DNA of 28,675 nucleotides, taken from Pseudomonadota bacterium (GTDB taxonomy: Bacteria > Pseudomonadota > Alphaproteobacteria > RF32 > CAG-239). The position numbers were made by a program, and so were the translations under genes. Shown in pieces: positions 17,342 through 27,400 of this stretch (positions are counted from its first letter, which is position 1; each line of letters begins with the position of its first letter). The stretch lies in the NCBI GenBank assembly GCA_918234285.1, contig CAKJXZ020000069.1, positions 1 to 28,675 of the forward strand. The letters are read 5' to 3'. The notes below the pieces were generated by a model. That model did no database searches and was not told where the DNA came from. It saw nothing but the letters and a program-made list of their open reading frames with translations.

Positions 17342-18049
17342 ATGCATAAGTTATTCTTTCTTATGGCGTTAATGTTATTTACCGCCGCGCCGGCATCGGC
17401 ACATAAATACAGAATGACGGAATATTATCCGATGAGTTTTGCTGACTGTATAGCAAAAAGAAGGAGCCTCGGTCTGAAATTCTGCTGGGGCGACGGCGAT
17501 TATTTGGCCGGAGCCGCCGAGGCCTGCGGCGGTATTAAAAATTTACCCACCGGTGAAGAATTACTTGAGCTGGCAAAATCTGTTTATGAAAATATCGATA
17601 TTGAACCGAACGGCACCACCTTGCATGGTGAGCGTGACGATGAAAAAATGAAAAAACTCGGTATTTGGGTTAATGACAGTCATATTTTTTATTGGAGCAA
17701 TGAAGAGGCTCACGATGTGAACGGAGGTTATGTGCGGATGTTTGCCGCCAAAGGTTCTGTTCCGTATTATGTACCGCGCGATGGTAAAGGCTACGGTCCG
17801 GATAGAGCAAGCAATAAAATAAGTTTCGGTAATACAATCAATATCAGACCGGTGAAAGTCATTGTTGAAAACAAAACCGAAGCCGAAAAGAAGCATGAAA
17901 AAGAAATAAATATGAATGAAGATGAAGATAATGAAGAAAACAACGATTTGAAAATAAGAACAGAGCCGGATGACGAGCGCGATTCCAATTTATCCGGCTT
18001 ACCAAATAATGATGCCTTGGTAACTATTTGTATTAAGAGGAAAAAATAA
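17342..18049 (+). CDS. Secreted hypothetical protein, possibly DUF1566/Lcl-like
   Basis: GGAGGT RBS, signal peptide ending ASA, A..AC...LPTxEEL..L and YWS motifs, acidic insertion near the C-terminus. Confidence 0.6.
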   Translation: MHKLFFLMALMLFTAAPASAHKYRMTEYYPMSFADCIAKRRSLGLKFCWGDGDYLAGAAEACGGIKNLPTGEELLELAKSVYENIDIEPNGTTLHGERDDEKMKKLGIWVNDSHIFYWSNEEAHDVNGGYVRMFAAKGSVPYYVPRDGKGYGPDRASNKISFGNTINIRPVKVIVENKTEAEKKHEKEINMNEDEDNEENNDLKIRTEPDDERDSNLSGLPNNDALVTICIKRKK

Positions 18050-19266
18050 TGCACGAGATTAAATGTCCGAAATGCGGCGAAGTTTTTCAGGTTGATGAAT
18101 CTGGCTATGCCACGATTTTGGCGCAGGTGCGCGATGCCGAATTCCATAAAGAACTGCACGAACGGGCGGCACAATTGGCACGGGAAAAAGACGACGCATT
18201 GAAGATAGCGGCAGTGCAGGCGCAAGCTGAAAAAACGCAGTCGGCGGCGCAATATATGCAGCAAATAGAGCAACTTAAAGCACAAATTGCGGCCAACGAT
18301 AAGGATAAACAAATTGCCGTGATTGCAGCGGTTGATGCCCAGAAAGAAGCACTGATGCAAAAAGAGCAGGCGATTATGCAGTTGCAAAATCAGCTCAAAG
18401 AAGCGGAAAAAGACAGCTTGTTGAAAGAGCAAAACCTGAAAGAAAACTTTAATGCTCAACTCAAGGCTAAGGATGCCGCCATCGACTTTTATAAAGACCT
18501 TAAAACCAAGATGTCGACCAAAATGGTGGGCGAAACTTTGGAACAACATTGCGAAACTGAGTTCAATAAACTGCGTATGACAGCCTTCCCAAACGCTTAT
18601 TTTGAAAAAGATAACGATGCCAAAACCGGCAGTAAGGGCGACTATATTTTTCGTGATAAAACCGAAGACGGGGTTGAGTTTATCTCAATTATGTTCGAGA
18701 TGAAAAACGAGATGGATACCACCGCCACTAAACATAAAAACGAGGATTTTTTCAAAGAACTGGATAAAGATCGCAACGAAAAGGGGTGTGAATACGCAGT
18801 ATTGGTGTCGCTTTTGGAAAGTGACAGCGATTTATACAACGCCGGTATTGTCGATGTTTCGTATCGGTATCCGAAGATGTATGTGATACGGCCGCAGTTT
18901 TTTATTCCGTTGATAACTCTGTTGCGCAACGCATCACAAAATTCAGTACAATATCGGCGACAAGCGCTCGAACTGCGTAATCAAAATGTCGATATTACGC
19001 ATTTTGAGGAAAAGTTGAGCGATTTTCAGGAGAAATTCGGGCGCAATTATCAATTGGCAAGCGACCGTTTCAACAAAGCTATTGAAGAAATTGATAAAAC
19101 CATCGACCACTTGCAAAAAACCAAAGAGGCTCTGCTGGCTTCGGATAATAATTTGCGATTGGCCAATAATCGGGCGCAGGAATTAACGATTAAACGTCTG
19201 ACGCACAACAATCCGACCATGAAGCAAAAATTTGCCGAATTGGAAAAAGATAAAAACGAGTGGTGA
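18049..19266 (+). CDS. DUF2130 domain protein
   Basis: [10 protein letters not shown], coiled coil, [39 protein letters not shown]. Confidence 0.9.
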   Translation: MHEIKCPKCGEVFQVDESGYATILAQVRDAEFHKELHERAAQLAREKDDALKIAAVQAQAEKTQSAAQYMQQIEQLKAQIAANDKDKQIAVIAAVDAQKEALMQKEQAIMQLQNQLKEAEKDSLLKEQNLKENFNAQLKAKDAAIDFYKDLKTKMSTKMVGETLEQHCETEFNKLRMTAFPNAYFEKDNDAKTGSKGDYIFRDKTEDGVEFISIMFEMKNEMDTTATKHKNEDFFKELDKDRNEKGCEYAVLVSLLESDSDLYNAGIVDVSYRYPKMYVIRPQFFIPLITLLRNASQNSVQYRRQALELRNQNVDITHFEEKLSDFQEKFGRNYQLASDRFNKAIEEIDKTIDHLQKTKEALLASDNNLRLANNRAQELTIKRLTHNNPTMKQKFAELEKDKNEW

Positions 19267-19280
19267 ACGAAAGGAAAAAT

Positions 19281-19490
19281 ATGAAAGAAAACGCTAAAAG
19301 AAATTGGATTATGACGCTTGTCGGCATTGATTCGTTGGCTCTGTTTGTTGTGGCATATTTTATCTTAACCACCGACGATAAGACCATATTAACGGAAGTT
19401 ATTTTGGCATATTGCGGTTTTGCGCTGTTTTTGGGCGCTTGCTTGCTTGCGGTTTTGAAAAAATATCCCGAAGATAGTGCGAAAAAGTAA
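19281..19490 (+). CDS. Small membrane protein (2 TM)
   Basis: AAGGA RBS before ATG 19281; two hydrophobic segments. Confidence 0.65.
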   Translation: MKENAKRNWIMTLVGIDSLALFVVAYFILTTDDKTILTEVILAYCGFALFLGACLLAVLKKYPEDSAKK

Positions 19491-19510
19491 TAGCAACAAG
19501 GAATAGCGCC

Positions 19511-20035
19511 ATGAACATAAACAAAGATGAAATATTGACATTTGCGGCCGGTATTGTGGTCGGGGCGCTGGCGGGAGCGGCGGTTTATTTTGGTTTTAAT
19601 TTCGATATCGGCAGATTATACGATTTATATACCACAATATCGGCGTTTATTATGACAATATTGTATTTGGCAATACCACCGGTCGCAATTATCTGGTTGC
19701 TTTATCAAACCTATAAAAAGAACAAAAAATGGTTTTGGGTTCTGGCAATATTTACGTTGTTGTTGGCCATTGGTACAATATGTGAATTAATGAACCATTC
19801 TCATTCAACCGGCTGGATGATTTATGTTGCCGTTCATGCGATAATCCTTATTCTGTTGGGTTTGTTTTTGTTATATAAATTGTATAAGAAAAGCAAAAAA
19901 GGGTTTACAGTGGTGGTATTTTTAGCCTTGTCAATAGCAGGTGTGGCGTGTATGATAGTACATAAAATGATTGGTTATGTTACGGACGACACTTATCCCT
20001 TATATTCTAGCCGTACCCCCGACTACGGTCTATAA
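19511..20035 (+). CDS. Membrane protein (~5 TM) with an internal repeat
   Basis: LLYQTYKKNKKWF and LLYKLYKKSKKGF repeats; AAGGA RBS. Confidence 0.75.
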   Translation: MNINKDEILTFAAGIVVGALAGAAVYFGFNFDIGRLYDLYTTISAFIMTILYLAIPPVAIIWLLYQTYKKNKKWFWVLAIFTLLLAIGTICELMNHSHSTGWMIYVAVHAIILILLGLFLLYKLYKKSKKGFTVVVFLALSIAGVACMIVHKMIGYVTDDTYPLYSSRTPDYGL

Positions 20036-20054
20036 TACTTGAGGATAATCGGCG

Positions 20055-21254
20055 ATGTTTTGCAATCATAAAAAAATAGTGACGGCGGTTTTTGAATTAA
20101 CCTTAAAATGCAATGCCCGCTGTATTCATTGCGGCTCGACCGCCGGTTTGGCGCGGGAAAACAACCTTTCGTATGAAGAAGCGGTGTCGGCGGTAAAACA
20201 GCTGGCAGAGCAGGGGTGTAAGGTATTATCTTTAATCGGCGGCGAGTATTTCCTGTATCCGCAATGGCGCGAATTGTTGCAGGAAGCGCGTGCTACCGGT
20301 ATGGACGTGACGATTATAACCAACGGCGCTTTGCTTAATGAAGAAAAAGTCGATTTTTTGAAAGATGTCGGATTGGCGCGGCTCGGTTTCAGTATTGACG
20401 GAGGAAATGCCTTGACGCACAATAAAATCCGCCAGGTGGAAAATTGCTTTCAAAAGGCCTTCCAAATGGCGGATTACGGGATTCAGAAGGGGCTTAGCAT
20501 CGCGGCCGTTACTACCCTCCACAAGTTGAATATCACCGAGCTTAAGCAACTGCGGCAGTTATTGCTCGAGCATAAGTTTTCTTTGTGGCAGTTGCAACAC
20601 GCGTCGCTGTTCGGGCGGATGAAACAAGAGCTGGCGCTGAATGATTTTGAATATTACGTGTCGGGTATTTTTATTGCGCAAACCCGCCGGATGTATGAAA
20701 AGCAGATGCATATACGCGGCATGCATTGTATGGGCTATTATTCCAAGGTTATCCCGTATCATACGGAAAATCGTTTTTGGCTCGGTTGCTATGCCGGCAA
20801 AGGCGTGGTCGGTATTCGTTCCGACGGCAAGGTTTTGGGCTGTCTTTCGCTGTATGACGATAAGTATATAGAAGGGGATTTGCGCGAACAGCCGTTGGCC
20901 GAGATTTTGGCGAAAAAATCATATTGCTCGTGGAATAACCGTCTGACACGTATTAACAATCTCAAGGGATATTGCAATTCGTGCCCGTACGCTTTGGCTT
21001 GTTTGGGCGGCTGCACCTCGTTTAATCAGGAAGAAGCAAAGTGCTATTACGCCATCGAACAGAAAATGAAACGCCATACGCCGCAAAACCCGCAAGAGTC
21101 GATGCTGAAACGTCTGACCATGGGCAAAATGGCTAAAGACGGCACGTTTTATTTGGATAATAACGAGCCGCTTTCGCCGGAATTGATTGACGCTTCCGGG
21201 CTTTTGGAACACGATAAACAAGTGTTGTCGCTGTTGATTGCCGACAAGCTTTAA
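20055..21254 (+). CDS. Radical SAM protein with SPASM domain
   Basis: CNARCIHC, GGE, and SPASM CYAG...GIRSDGKVLGC...CNSC.....CLGGC. Confidence 0.9.
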   Translation: MFCNHKKIVTAVFELTLKCNARCIHCGSTAGLARENNLSYEEAVSAVKQLAEQGCKVLSLIGGEYFLYPQWRELLQEARATGMDVTIITNGALLNEEKVDFLKDVGLARLGFSIDGGNALTHNKIRQVENCFQKAFQMADYGIQKGLSIAAVTTLHKLNITELKQLRQLLLEHKFSLWQLQHASLFGRMKQELALNDFEYYVSGIFIAQTRRMYEKQMHIRGMHCMGYYSKVIPYHTENRFWLGCYAGKGVVGIRSDGKVLGCLSLYDDKYIEGDLREQPLAEILAKKSYCSWNNRLTRINNLKGYCNSCPYALACLGGCTSFNQEEAKCYYAIEQKMKRHTPQNPQESMLKRLTMGKMAKDGTFYLDNNEPLSPELIDASGLLEHDKQVLSLLIADKL

Positions 21255-21418
21255 ATTTTGACTTTATGTAATTTCCTGCATAGCGAGCGACGGTTGTCCG
21301 TTTTGTTGCTTAATCGCATCCGGATTATCAAACAAGGAAGTGCTACCACTCGGTTGGCCGGTTTGATTTGGCACGGCAATATTTAAAATATTGCTCAGAA
21401 TGAAAAATTATTATCCCT

Positions 21419-21994
21419 TTATGTTATCGGTGTACCGACATAATTATTAATTATGATGGTGGCAACAACGGCTAATATCCAGCATATTGCAAGATAAAGA
21501 AACGGATATTTTAAAAGGTAACTCCGCACTGTTAAAGCGGATTTTTGTTTACTTGGGGTAATCAGCAAAAATAAAAACGCAGCAATCTGAATACCAAAGG
21601 CCGCAAGATAAATCTCTTTAAGAAAACCACCTAACATTTGCGTATCTGCAAAGTGAAATGCCATATTACCGATGAATGCCAATGAAACAATCAAAATCCA
21701 CAAAGTTCCCGTACTGCCGAAATCACGACACCTCTTTTGTGTAATCAATAAATAAGCATAAAATAAAAATAACTGTACTATGTAAGTCAACAGAGGATTC
21801 TGAAAATACTCAAAAACAGAATAAATACTGCCGAGTATAACCATAATTACTAAAAACTGTATTCCGGTCAGGATTCCTTCAACCGAATAAATCGGAGTAA
21901 TTTTTTTTGAACCGAAAATCACTGCATAAAGAATTTCTCTTATCGGTTCAATGATTTCATGTGTGATGATATATTTGATTTGAGATATACTCAT
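21419..21994 (-). CDS. Membrane protein, DUF805-like
   Basis: About 5 TM segments, QKRCRDFGSTG resembling the DUF805 RRxHDxGxSG motif, AGGAG RBS, AT-rich. Confidence 0.65.
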   Translation of the reverse strand: MSISQIKYIITHEIIEPIREILYAVIFGSKKITPIYSVEGILTGIQFLVIMVILGSIYSVFEYFQNPLLTYIVQLFLFYAYLLITQKRCRDFGSTGTLWILIVSLAFIGNMAFHFADTQMLGGFLKEIYLAAFGIQIAAFLFLLITPSKQKSALTVRSYLLKYPFLYLAICWILAVVATIIINNYVGTPIT

Positions 21995-22009
21995 TTCACT
22001 CTCCTAGCT

Positions 22010-22055
22010 CATCTGCCGAACATTTATATCTTATAATATGTTCGGCAGATGTCAA
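22010..22055 (-). promoter_or_regulatory. Promoter overlapped by a perfect 14-bp inverted repeat
   Basis: CATCTGCCGAACAT-14 nt-ATGTTCGGCAGATG (22010-22051); minus-strand TTGACA-16-TAAGAT. Confidence 0.65.
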
Positions 22056-22071
22056 GTTAGTTGTAACATTA

Positions 22072-22302
22072 TTATTTTACAAATTTATTTCCAAATTTTG
22101 TAATGTAATAATATCTTGCTATATCAGAATCTGTATCTAGCAAAGTGTTTGCAGCATCATGTAAATATCCTGCTCCGGCTTGATATGCCATATTCCTTAA
22201 TCTGTCTTGTCTGTTTGTATAAGAATTATCCATATATTTATTCTTGAAAAAACTATACATTCCACCTGACAAACCATCGGCAAGACGCTCGGTTGTTGAT
22301 AT
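22072..22302 (-). pseudogene. Possible remnant of the toxin family
   Basis: ERLADGLSGGMYSFFKNKY loosely resembles NRTVNGMTFGGLDYLGNKL of 8471-9781. No RBS; begins right after a terminator T tract. Confidence 0.35.
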
Positions 22303-22375
22303 AAAAAAAGAACGCGGTTTATATAAACCAACGTTCGACCTTATATAATGAATTCACTCACGAATCCATTATGGT
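22303..22375 (-). ncRNA. Candidate ~70-nt small RNA
   Basis: TTGATA-17-TACAAA with extended TG (22408-22380). 11-bp hairpin ATAATGGATTC/GAATTCATTAT, then terminator GAACG..GGTTT/AAACC.CGTTC followed by T7. Confidence 0.5.
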
Positions 22376-22452
22376 AATTTTTGTAGCACACAAGTCACTA
22401 AATATCAAGTATTTTCTTATTTATAATAATAAAAATATTATCAGAAGCGCAT

Positions 22453-22482
22453 AAAAAAGGAGGCAGGAGCCTCTCTTTTTTA
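22453..22482 (-). terminator. Terminator after the M20 peptidase gene
   Basis: GAGGC/GCCTC stem flanked by A and T tracts. Confidence 0.6.
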
Positions 22483-23583
22483 TTTTTTTGCCAGATGTTT
22501 CAGGAATTTTATCTGAATATCGGCTATCTGTTTCACGCTCTCAATCTCGACATATTCGCCGGAGGCATGCATGCCGTCGCCGCTACCGGAATGCATAATC
22601 ACGGTTGAGCCTTTGACGGCAAACGCACGTGAATCGGTGGCACCGCCGATATGTTCAAATTCAATCGGTTTTTGCATAATATTTTCGGCAAAGCGTTTAT
22701 AATTCAAAATATCCGGATTGTTTTCATCCATCACCACCGGCGTACTTGCAGAAACAATCTTATATTCCACGCCGTCAACCATACATTTTTGCAAATTTTT
22801 CTCCAGATTTTCCACGCTCGAATTTTCGGTCAGGCGGAAATCAAGCAGAGCCTCGGCATAGTTGGAAATAATGTTGGAAACTTGTCCACCCTCGATTTTT
22901 GCAAAGTGCACCGTATCGAACCATTTGTCGATCGGTTGCGGCAAATCGGCGGCATAATAAGGATAAATTTTACGAATATTCTGCCAGGTGTGCAGCAACA
23001 GTTCGTTGGCATCAATACCCTCCCACGGAGTAGAGCCGTGCGCTTCTTTGCCGCGGGCGATAATTTTAACAAACACCGGATTTTTACACTTGCTGACGAT
23101 TTTGGTAATATCGCCGCCGACATCATTATCCAACACGATTTTGGCACTGATTTGCGGATATGCTTCCATAAACGATTCGGTGGATTTACTGCCTTTTTCC
23201 TCGTCGGTGGAGAAAATAACCCCGAATTTGAGCGGCAGATTATGTTGCGCCACATATTCCATAGAGTTCATTGCCACTGCGGCAAACGACTTCATATCCA
23301 GAGTACCGCGACCGTACATTTTACCGTCTTTGATTATCGGCTCAAACATATCATCTGCCGCCGGCACTACATCAATATGCCCTAAGATAATCACGTCAAA
23401 ATCGAGCGTATCGCAGTTACGCAAAAAAATAACCGGGGAGGCGGTTGTCTGAAAAATCTCAACTTTAGCCGCCGTACCGTCAAACTTGTGTTTGATATAT
23501 TCCGCCGCCTTGGCAATTTCAGCGGCGTTACCGGTTTCGGTGCGAAAACGAATTAAATCGACGATTGTTTGTAATAAATCCAT
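22480..23583 (-). CDS. M20 family metallopeptidase (ArgE/DapE-like)
   Basis: GHIDVVPA, YGRGTLDMK, DEE, HGSTPW, GGATD, MH..GE. Confidence 0.9.
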   Translation of the reverse strand: MDLLQTIVDLIRFRTETGNAAEIAKAAEYIKHKFDGTAAKVEIFQTTASPVIFLRNCDTLDFDVIILGHIDVVPAADDMFEPIIKDGKMYGRGTLDMKSFAAVAMNSMEYVAQHNLPLKFGVIFSTDEEKGSKSTESFMEAYPQISAKIVLDNDVGGDITKIVSKCKNPVFVKIIARGKEAHGSTPWEGIDANELLLHTWQNIRKIYPYYAADLPQPIDKWFDTVHFAKIEGGQVSNIISNYAEALLDFRLTENSSVENLEKNLQKCMVDGVEYKIVSASTPVVMDENNPDILNYKRFAENIMQKPIEFEHIGGATDSRAFAVKGSTVIMHSGSGDGMHASGEYVEIESVKQIADIQIKFLKHLAKK

Positions 23584-23671
23584 TTTTTTCTGTCCTTATG
23601 CAATAATTTTTACTCTTTTTTTATATCTATACGGCATAATGCTTTAAAATAAGTAAAAAAGGATTTTAATC

Positions 23672-24181
23672 ATGAAGTCGTTATTTGTTACATTGATAGC
23701 TTTGGGATTAACATGGAGTTCGGCCGCTCAAGCCGAGGTTGACGTTGAAGAAAGCGAAACGGGGTTGGCTATACCGCGTATGGTTTCTTTGCGCTCCAGC
23801 CGTATAAACGCACGTTCCGGCCCGGGCAGCAGATATCCGATAGAATGGGTATATCAGCAAAAAGGTGCCCCGGTGGAAATTATTGCCGAATTTGAACTTT
23901 GGCGTCAGATTAAGGACTGGGAAGGTTCGGAAACCTGGGTACATAAAGCCATGCTCTCCGGCAGACGCTTTGTGAAGGTTATTAATCCGGGTGAGAACAA
24001 TATTTATGCCAAGCCGGAAACCGACTCTCGGGTGGTGGCGCACGTTGAAGACGGCGTGGTCGGCGAGGTGGATAAATGTCCGGCCGAAAGCGATATGTGT
24101 CTGATCAAATTTGACAGCATACAAGGTTGGATGCCGCGCGACGTATTGTTCGGTGTTTATGACGATGAGGTAATCAAATAA
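23672..24181 (+). CDS. Secreted tandem bacterial SH3 domain protein
   Basis: Signal peptide; TGLAIPRMVSL, NARSGPGSRYPIEWVY, PVEIIAEFELWR. Confidence 0.88.
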   Translation: MKSLFVTLIALGLTWSSAAQAEVDVEESETGLAIPRMVSLRSSRINARSGPGSRYPIEWVYQQKGAPVEIIAEFELWRQIKDWEGSETWVHKAMLSGRRFVKVINPGENNIYAKPETDSRVVAHVEDGVVGEVDKCPAESDMCLIKFDSIQGWMPRDVLFGVYDDEVIK

Positions 24182-24184
24182 ACT

Positions 24185-25126
24185 TTGAAAGAAGAAATAA
24201 AATTCAATGCCGATGAACAGCTGCACTCTCTTATTGAGCGCTGGCAGAATTGGCTGTTGAAAGAACGTCTTTTTTCCGAGCATACGCTTGATGCTTATTC
24301 ACGTGATTTAGCGATTTTTATGCAAAAAATAAGTCCGGATAAGGCGCTGTCTTTATCCGATTTGGCCGGGCTTGAAGTACGTGATTTTCGGCGTTTTTTA
24401 AGCGGACGTTCGGCGCAATATATCAATAAATCTTCAATCGGTCGCGAACTGTCGGCAATCAAGAATTTTTATAAATGGCTTGATGTTAATGAAATTGCCA
24501 AGAATCCGGCCATCAGCGTAATTTCTACGCCGCGACAATCCAAGATTCTACCTAAAGCGATAGATGCAGATGATGCTTTTAACTTGCTTGATGAAGCTAC
24601 AGGAATAGCCTCTAACGCGTGGCAGGGACTTCGGGATAAAGCGATTTTTACTTTGCTTTACGGCTGCGGGTTGCGTATTTCCGAAGCCCTGTCGTTAAAT
24701 GTCGGCGATATTTCTGCCGAGAGCGAGTTCCTTCGCATAAAAGGTAAGGGGAATAAAGAACGAATAGTGCCCCTTCTGCCGATAATCTGGCAAAATATCG
24801 AAGCTTACCTTGCAAAAAGCCCGTATTCGATCAACGCAGGAGAACCGTTGTTCTTGGGGGCTCGAGGCGAGCGTTTGAATCCGCGTATTGTGCAGCGTCA
24901 GATGCAAAAGTTACGCGCCAGATTGGGACTTGCCGATACGGTAACGCCGCATGCGTTGCGCCATTCTTTTGCTACTCAACTGCTTCAAGAGGGAGTTGAC
25001 CTGCGCTCCATTCAGGAATTATTGGGCCATTCATCCCTAATCACGACCCAGCGCTATACCGATGTTCAAACTCAAACCCTGATGCGAGAATACCATAAAG
25101 CGCATCCGCTCGAAAAACAGAAATAA
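24185..25126 (+). CDS. xerC: Tyrosine recombinase XerC
   Basis: LLYGCGLRISE, GKGNKER, TPHALRHSFAT, QELLGH, TTQRY; N-terminal SEHTLDAYSRDL. Confidence 0.88.
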   Translation: MKEEIKFNADEQLHSLIERWQNWLLKERLFSEHTLDAYSRDLAIFMQKISPDKALSLSDLAGLEVRDFRRFLSGRSAQYINKSSIGRELSAIKNFYKWLDVNEIAKNPAISVISTPRQSKILPKAIDADDAFNLLDEATGIASNAWQGLRDKAIFTLLYGCGLRISEALSLNVGDISAESEFLRIKGKGNKERIVPLLPIIWQNIEAYLAKSPYSINAGEPLFLGARGERLNPRIVQRQMQKLRARLGLADTVTPHALRHSFATQLLQEGVDLRSIQELLGHSSLITTQRYTDVQTQTLMREYHKAHPLEKQK

Positions 25127-25160
25127 AAAAAGAGGTCTGCTTTTGCCGCGACCTCTCTTT
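25125..25160. terminator. Bidirectional terminator between xerC and rpmG
   Basis: AGAGGTC/GACCTCT stem with flanking A and T runs. Confidence 0.65.
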
Positions 25161-25179
25161 CAAAAAACTCAACAGAAAA

Positions 25180-25347
25180 TTACTTTAATTTCTTTTCAAC
25201 GAATTCTTCGTGCTTACGAGATTTTTTATCAAACTTTTTAACCGTAAGCTTTTCCGGATGCGTTCTCGGATTTTTTTCTGCCAAATAGAAAGAGCCTGTA
25301 CCGGCCGTGCTTTCCAACTTAATTTTAATTTTTACTGCTTTTGCCAT
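25180..25347 (-). CDS. rpmG: 50S ribosomal protein L33 (Cys-free form)
   Basis: [18 protein letters not shown]...[16 protein letters not shown]...[12 protein letters not shown]. Confidence 0.93.
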   Translation of the reverse strand: MAKAVKIKIKLESTAGTGSFYLAEKNPRTHPEKLTVKKFDKKSRKHEEFVEKKLK

Positions 25348-25392
25348 TTTCTTTACTCTTTTCAAAGGTTACAAATTAAAACATTTAGGCGC

Positions 25393-25420
25393 ATTATACA
25401 TATTTGACAGCGCTTGTCAA
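25393..25420 (-). promoter_or_regulatory. Consensus sigma70 promoter of rpmG
   Basis: TTGACA-16-TATAAT; the -35 is part of palindrome TTGACA-GCGCT-TGTCAA (25404-25420). Confidence 0.7.
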
Positions 25421-25463
25421 TAGTTTTTTTGAGAGAAATGTACGGTTTTGCAAAAGAATTTTG

Positions 25464-25492
25464 TTGCACCTTGTGACAAATTCTGCTATGTT
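25464..25492 (+). promoter_or_regulatory. Promoter of LRR array 2
   Basis: TTGCAC-17-TATGTT with extended TG; AGGAG RBS at 25511. Confidence 0.55.
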
Positions 25493-25523
25493 AGACATAA
25501 ATAAAGCAAAAGGAGCTACAACC

Positions 25524-26165
25524 ATGGCAGAATTAAACGATAAATTCGAGTTTGAACAGGACGGGAAGACTTACAGCCTTTATGATTTGCCGGACGGTTT
25601 TGTGATTAAAGGCGATGTGGATTTATCCAGTAAAGATTTAACCGAGTTGCCGGATTTATCTAAAGTTACGGTAGAAGGAGATTTTTGGTGCAGCGGTAAT
25701 CAATTAACATCCTTAAGAGGCTCACCGCAAGAAGTCGGCGGAGATTTTTTGTGCGACAAAAATCAACTGACCTCCTTACATGGATCACCACGAGAAGTCG
25801 GAGGACGTTTCATGTGCCACACTAATCAACTGACAACCTTACAAGGAGCGTCGCAAAAAATCGGCGGAAATTTCAGGTGCACACATAATTATAACTTATC
25901 TTCTTTATTCGGATTACCTAATATGCCGGAAAAATACGGAATATCTTGCGATTACAAGTTGAGAGAAAAATACGGTTGTCCGGTGGCGGAACATGGTACG
26001 ATTTGTTACAAAGATTTAATTGAAAGTTCTCTGTATAAAAGTGAACTGTCCGCCTATAAGATTCGGCAGAAAAATAAGGAAGATAAAAAAAATGCTCAAG
26101 CTCGCTTTAAGGCCGGCTATACTGCGTTCAAAAAGCAATTTGCGGCAAAAGAGCGCGAAGAATAA
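25524..26165 (+). CDS. 21-aa LRR family protein (4 repeats)
   Basis: Start ATG 25524 (MAELNDKF). Family N-cap, repeats and tail EREE. Confidence 0.9.
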   Translation: MAELNDKFEFEQDGKTYSLYDLPDGFVIKGDVDLSSKDLTELPDLSKVTVEGDFWCSGNQLTSLRGSPQEVGGDFLCDKNQLTSLHGSPREVGGRFMCHTNQLTTLQGASQKIGGNFRCTHNYNLSSLFGLPNMPEKYGISCDYKLREKYGCPVAEHGTICYKDLIESSLYKSELSAYKIRQKNKEDKKNAQARFKAGYTAFKKQFAAKEREE

Positions 26166-26180
26166 AGAAAGGAAGAATCC

Positions 26181-27395
26181 ATGGCGAAAATAAAATTAAA
26201 CGATAACTTTGAATTCGAACAAGACGGTAAGACTTACAGCCTGTATAACCTGCCGGACGGGTTTGTGATTAAAGGCGATGTGGATTTATCCGGTAAAGAT
26301 TTAACCGAACTGCCGGATTTATCAAAGGTTATTGTTGAGGGACTTTTTAACTGTGAGAGTAATTCTTTAACCTCGCTTAAAGGAGCTCCGCAAAAGGTCG
26401 GTAATGGTTTTTTCTGTGACCATAACCAGCTTACCGATTTGAAAGGTGCTCCGCAAGAGGTAAATGGAATGTTTTCTTGCAATAATAATAAATTAACATC
26501 GCTGGAAGGGGCACCACAGAAGGTTGGCGGGGCATTTTATTGCTGGGAAAATAGATTAACAACTCTGAAAGGTGTGCCGCAAGAAATCGGTGGGGATTTT
26601 TCATGTACCAATAATCAATTGACTACCTTAGAAGGCGGACCGCAAAAGGTCGGGGGAGATTTTGATTGCTTTGAGAATAAATTAACCACGTTGAAGGGAG
26701 CGCCGCAAAAAGTCAGCGGAAGTTTTCTATGTAATAATAATCAGCTGACTACCTTGGAAGGTGCTCCACAAGCAGTGTATGGCGATTTTGAGTGCCAGTG
26801 GAATCGATTAAAATCATTGGAAGGCCCTTTACAAATAGTCAGCGGTACTTTCAGAGGAAATTATAATAAGTTAACCACCTTGGAAGGCGGACCGCAAGAA
26901 ATCGGCGGCCATTTTGAGTGCTTTCATAATGACTTAACCGACCTGAAAGGCGCACCGCAAAAAGTCGGTGGGAATTTTAGCATATGTAATAATAAATTGA
27001 CATCGTTAGAAGGTGCTCCGCAAAAGATTAACGGAGATTTTGCCGTTACGGCCAATGAATTAACCTCTCTGCTCGGTATACCGCAAGAAATCGGCGGGGA
27101 TTTTTATTGTTTGGCCAATCAGTTAAAAACCTTATTTAAATTGCCGGAAATGAAGAATGGCGCGTCAATTCACTGTGATATTGAACTGGCGCAGAAATAC
27201 GGATTTGAGAAAAATGAAATTATGGTATCGGTGTTGAAATCCAGTTCCACCTATCAAAATGAGCTTAAAATAGAAGAAATCAGGCAGAAAAAACATGAGG
27301 ATTGGGTAAAGAGGGATAGCGAAGCTAAAGCCAGACGCGACGCCGGATATGCTGCATTTAAGAAAAAATTTAAGCCGACTGAACGCGAGGAGTAA
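26181..27395 (+). CDS. 21-aa LRR family protein (13 repeats)
   Basis: Family N-cap, repeats and tail AGYAAFKKKFKPTEREE. Confidence 0.9.
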   Translation: MAKIKLNDNFEFEQDGKTYSLYNLPDGFVIKGDVDLSGKDLTELPDLSKVIVEGLFNCESNSLTSLKGAPQKVGNGFFCDHNQLTDLKGAPQEVNGMFSCNNNKLTSLEGAPQKVGGAFYCWENRLTTLKGVPQEIGGDFSCTNNQLTTLEGGPQKVGGDFDCFENKLTTLKGAPQKVSGSFLCNNNQLTTLEGAPQAVYGDFECQWNRLKSLEGPLQIVSGTFRGNYNKLTTLEGGPQEIGGHFECFHNDLTDLKGAPQKVGGNFSICNNKLTSLEGAPQKINGDFAVTANELTSLLGIPQEIGGDFYCLANQLKTLFKLPEMKNGASIHCDIELAQKYGFEKNEIMVSVLKSSSTYQNELKIEEIRQKKHEDWVKRDSEAKARRDAGYAAFKKKFKPTEREE

Positions 27396-27400
27396 CTGTT

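Noticed and set aside
24185-25126. Integrase of a mobile element
   Set aside because: Length, motifs and housekeeping context fit chromosomal XerC; no att repeats were seen.
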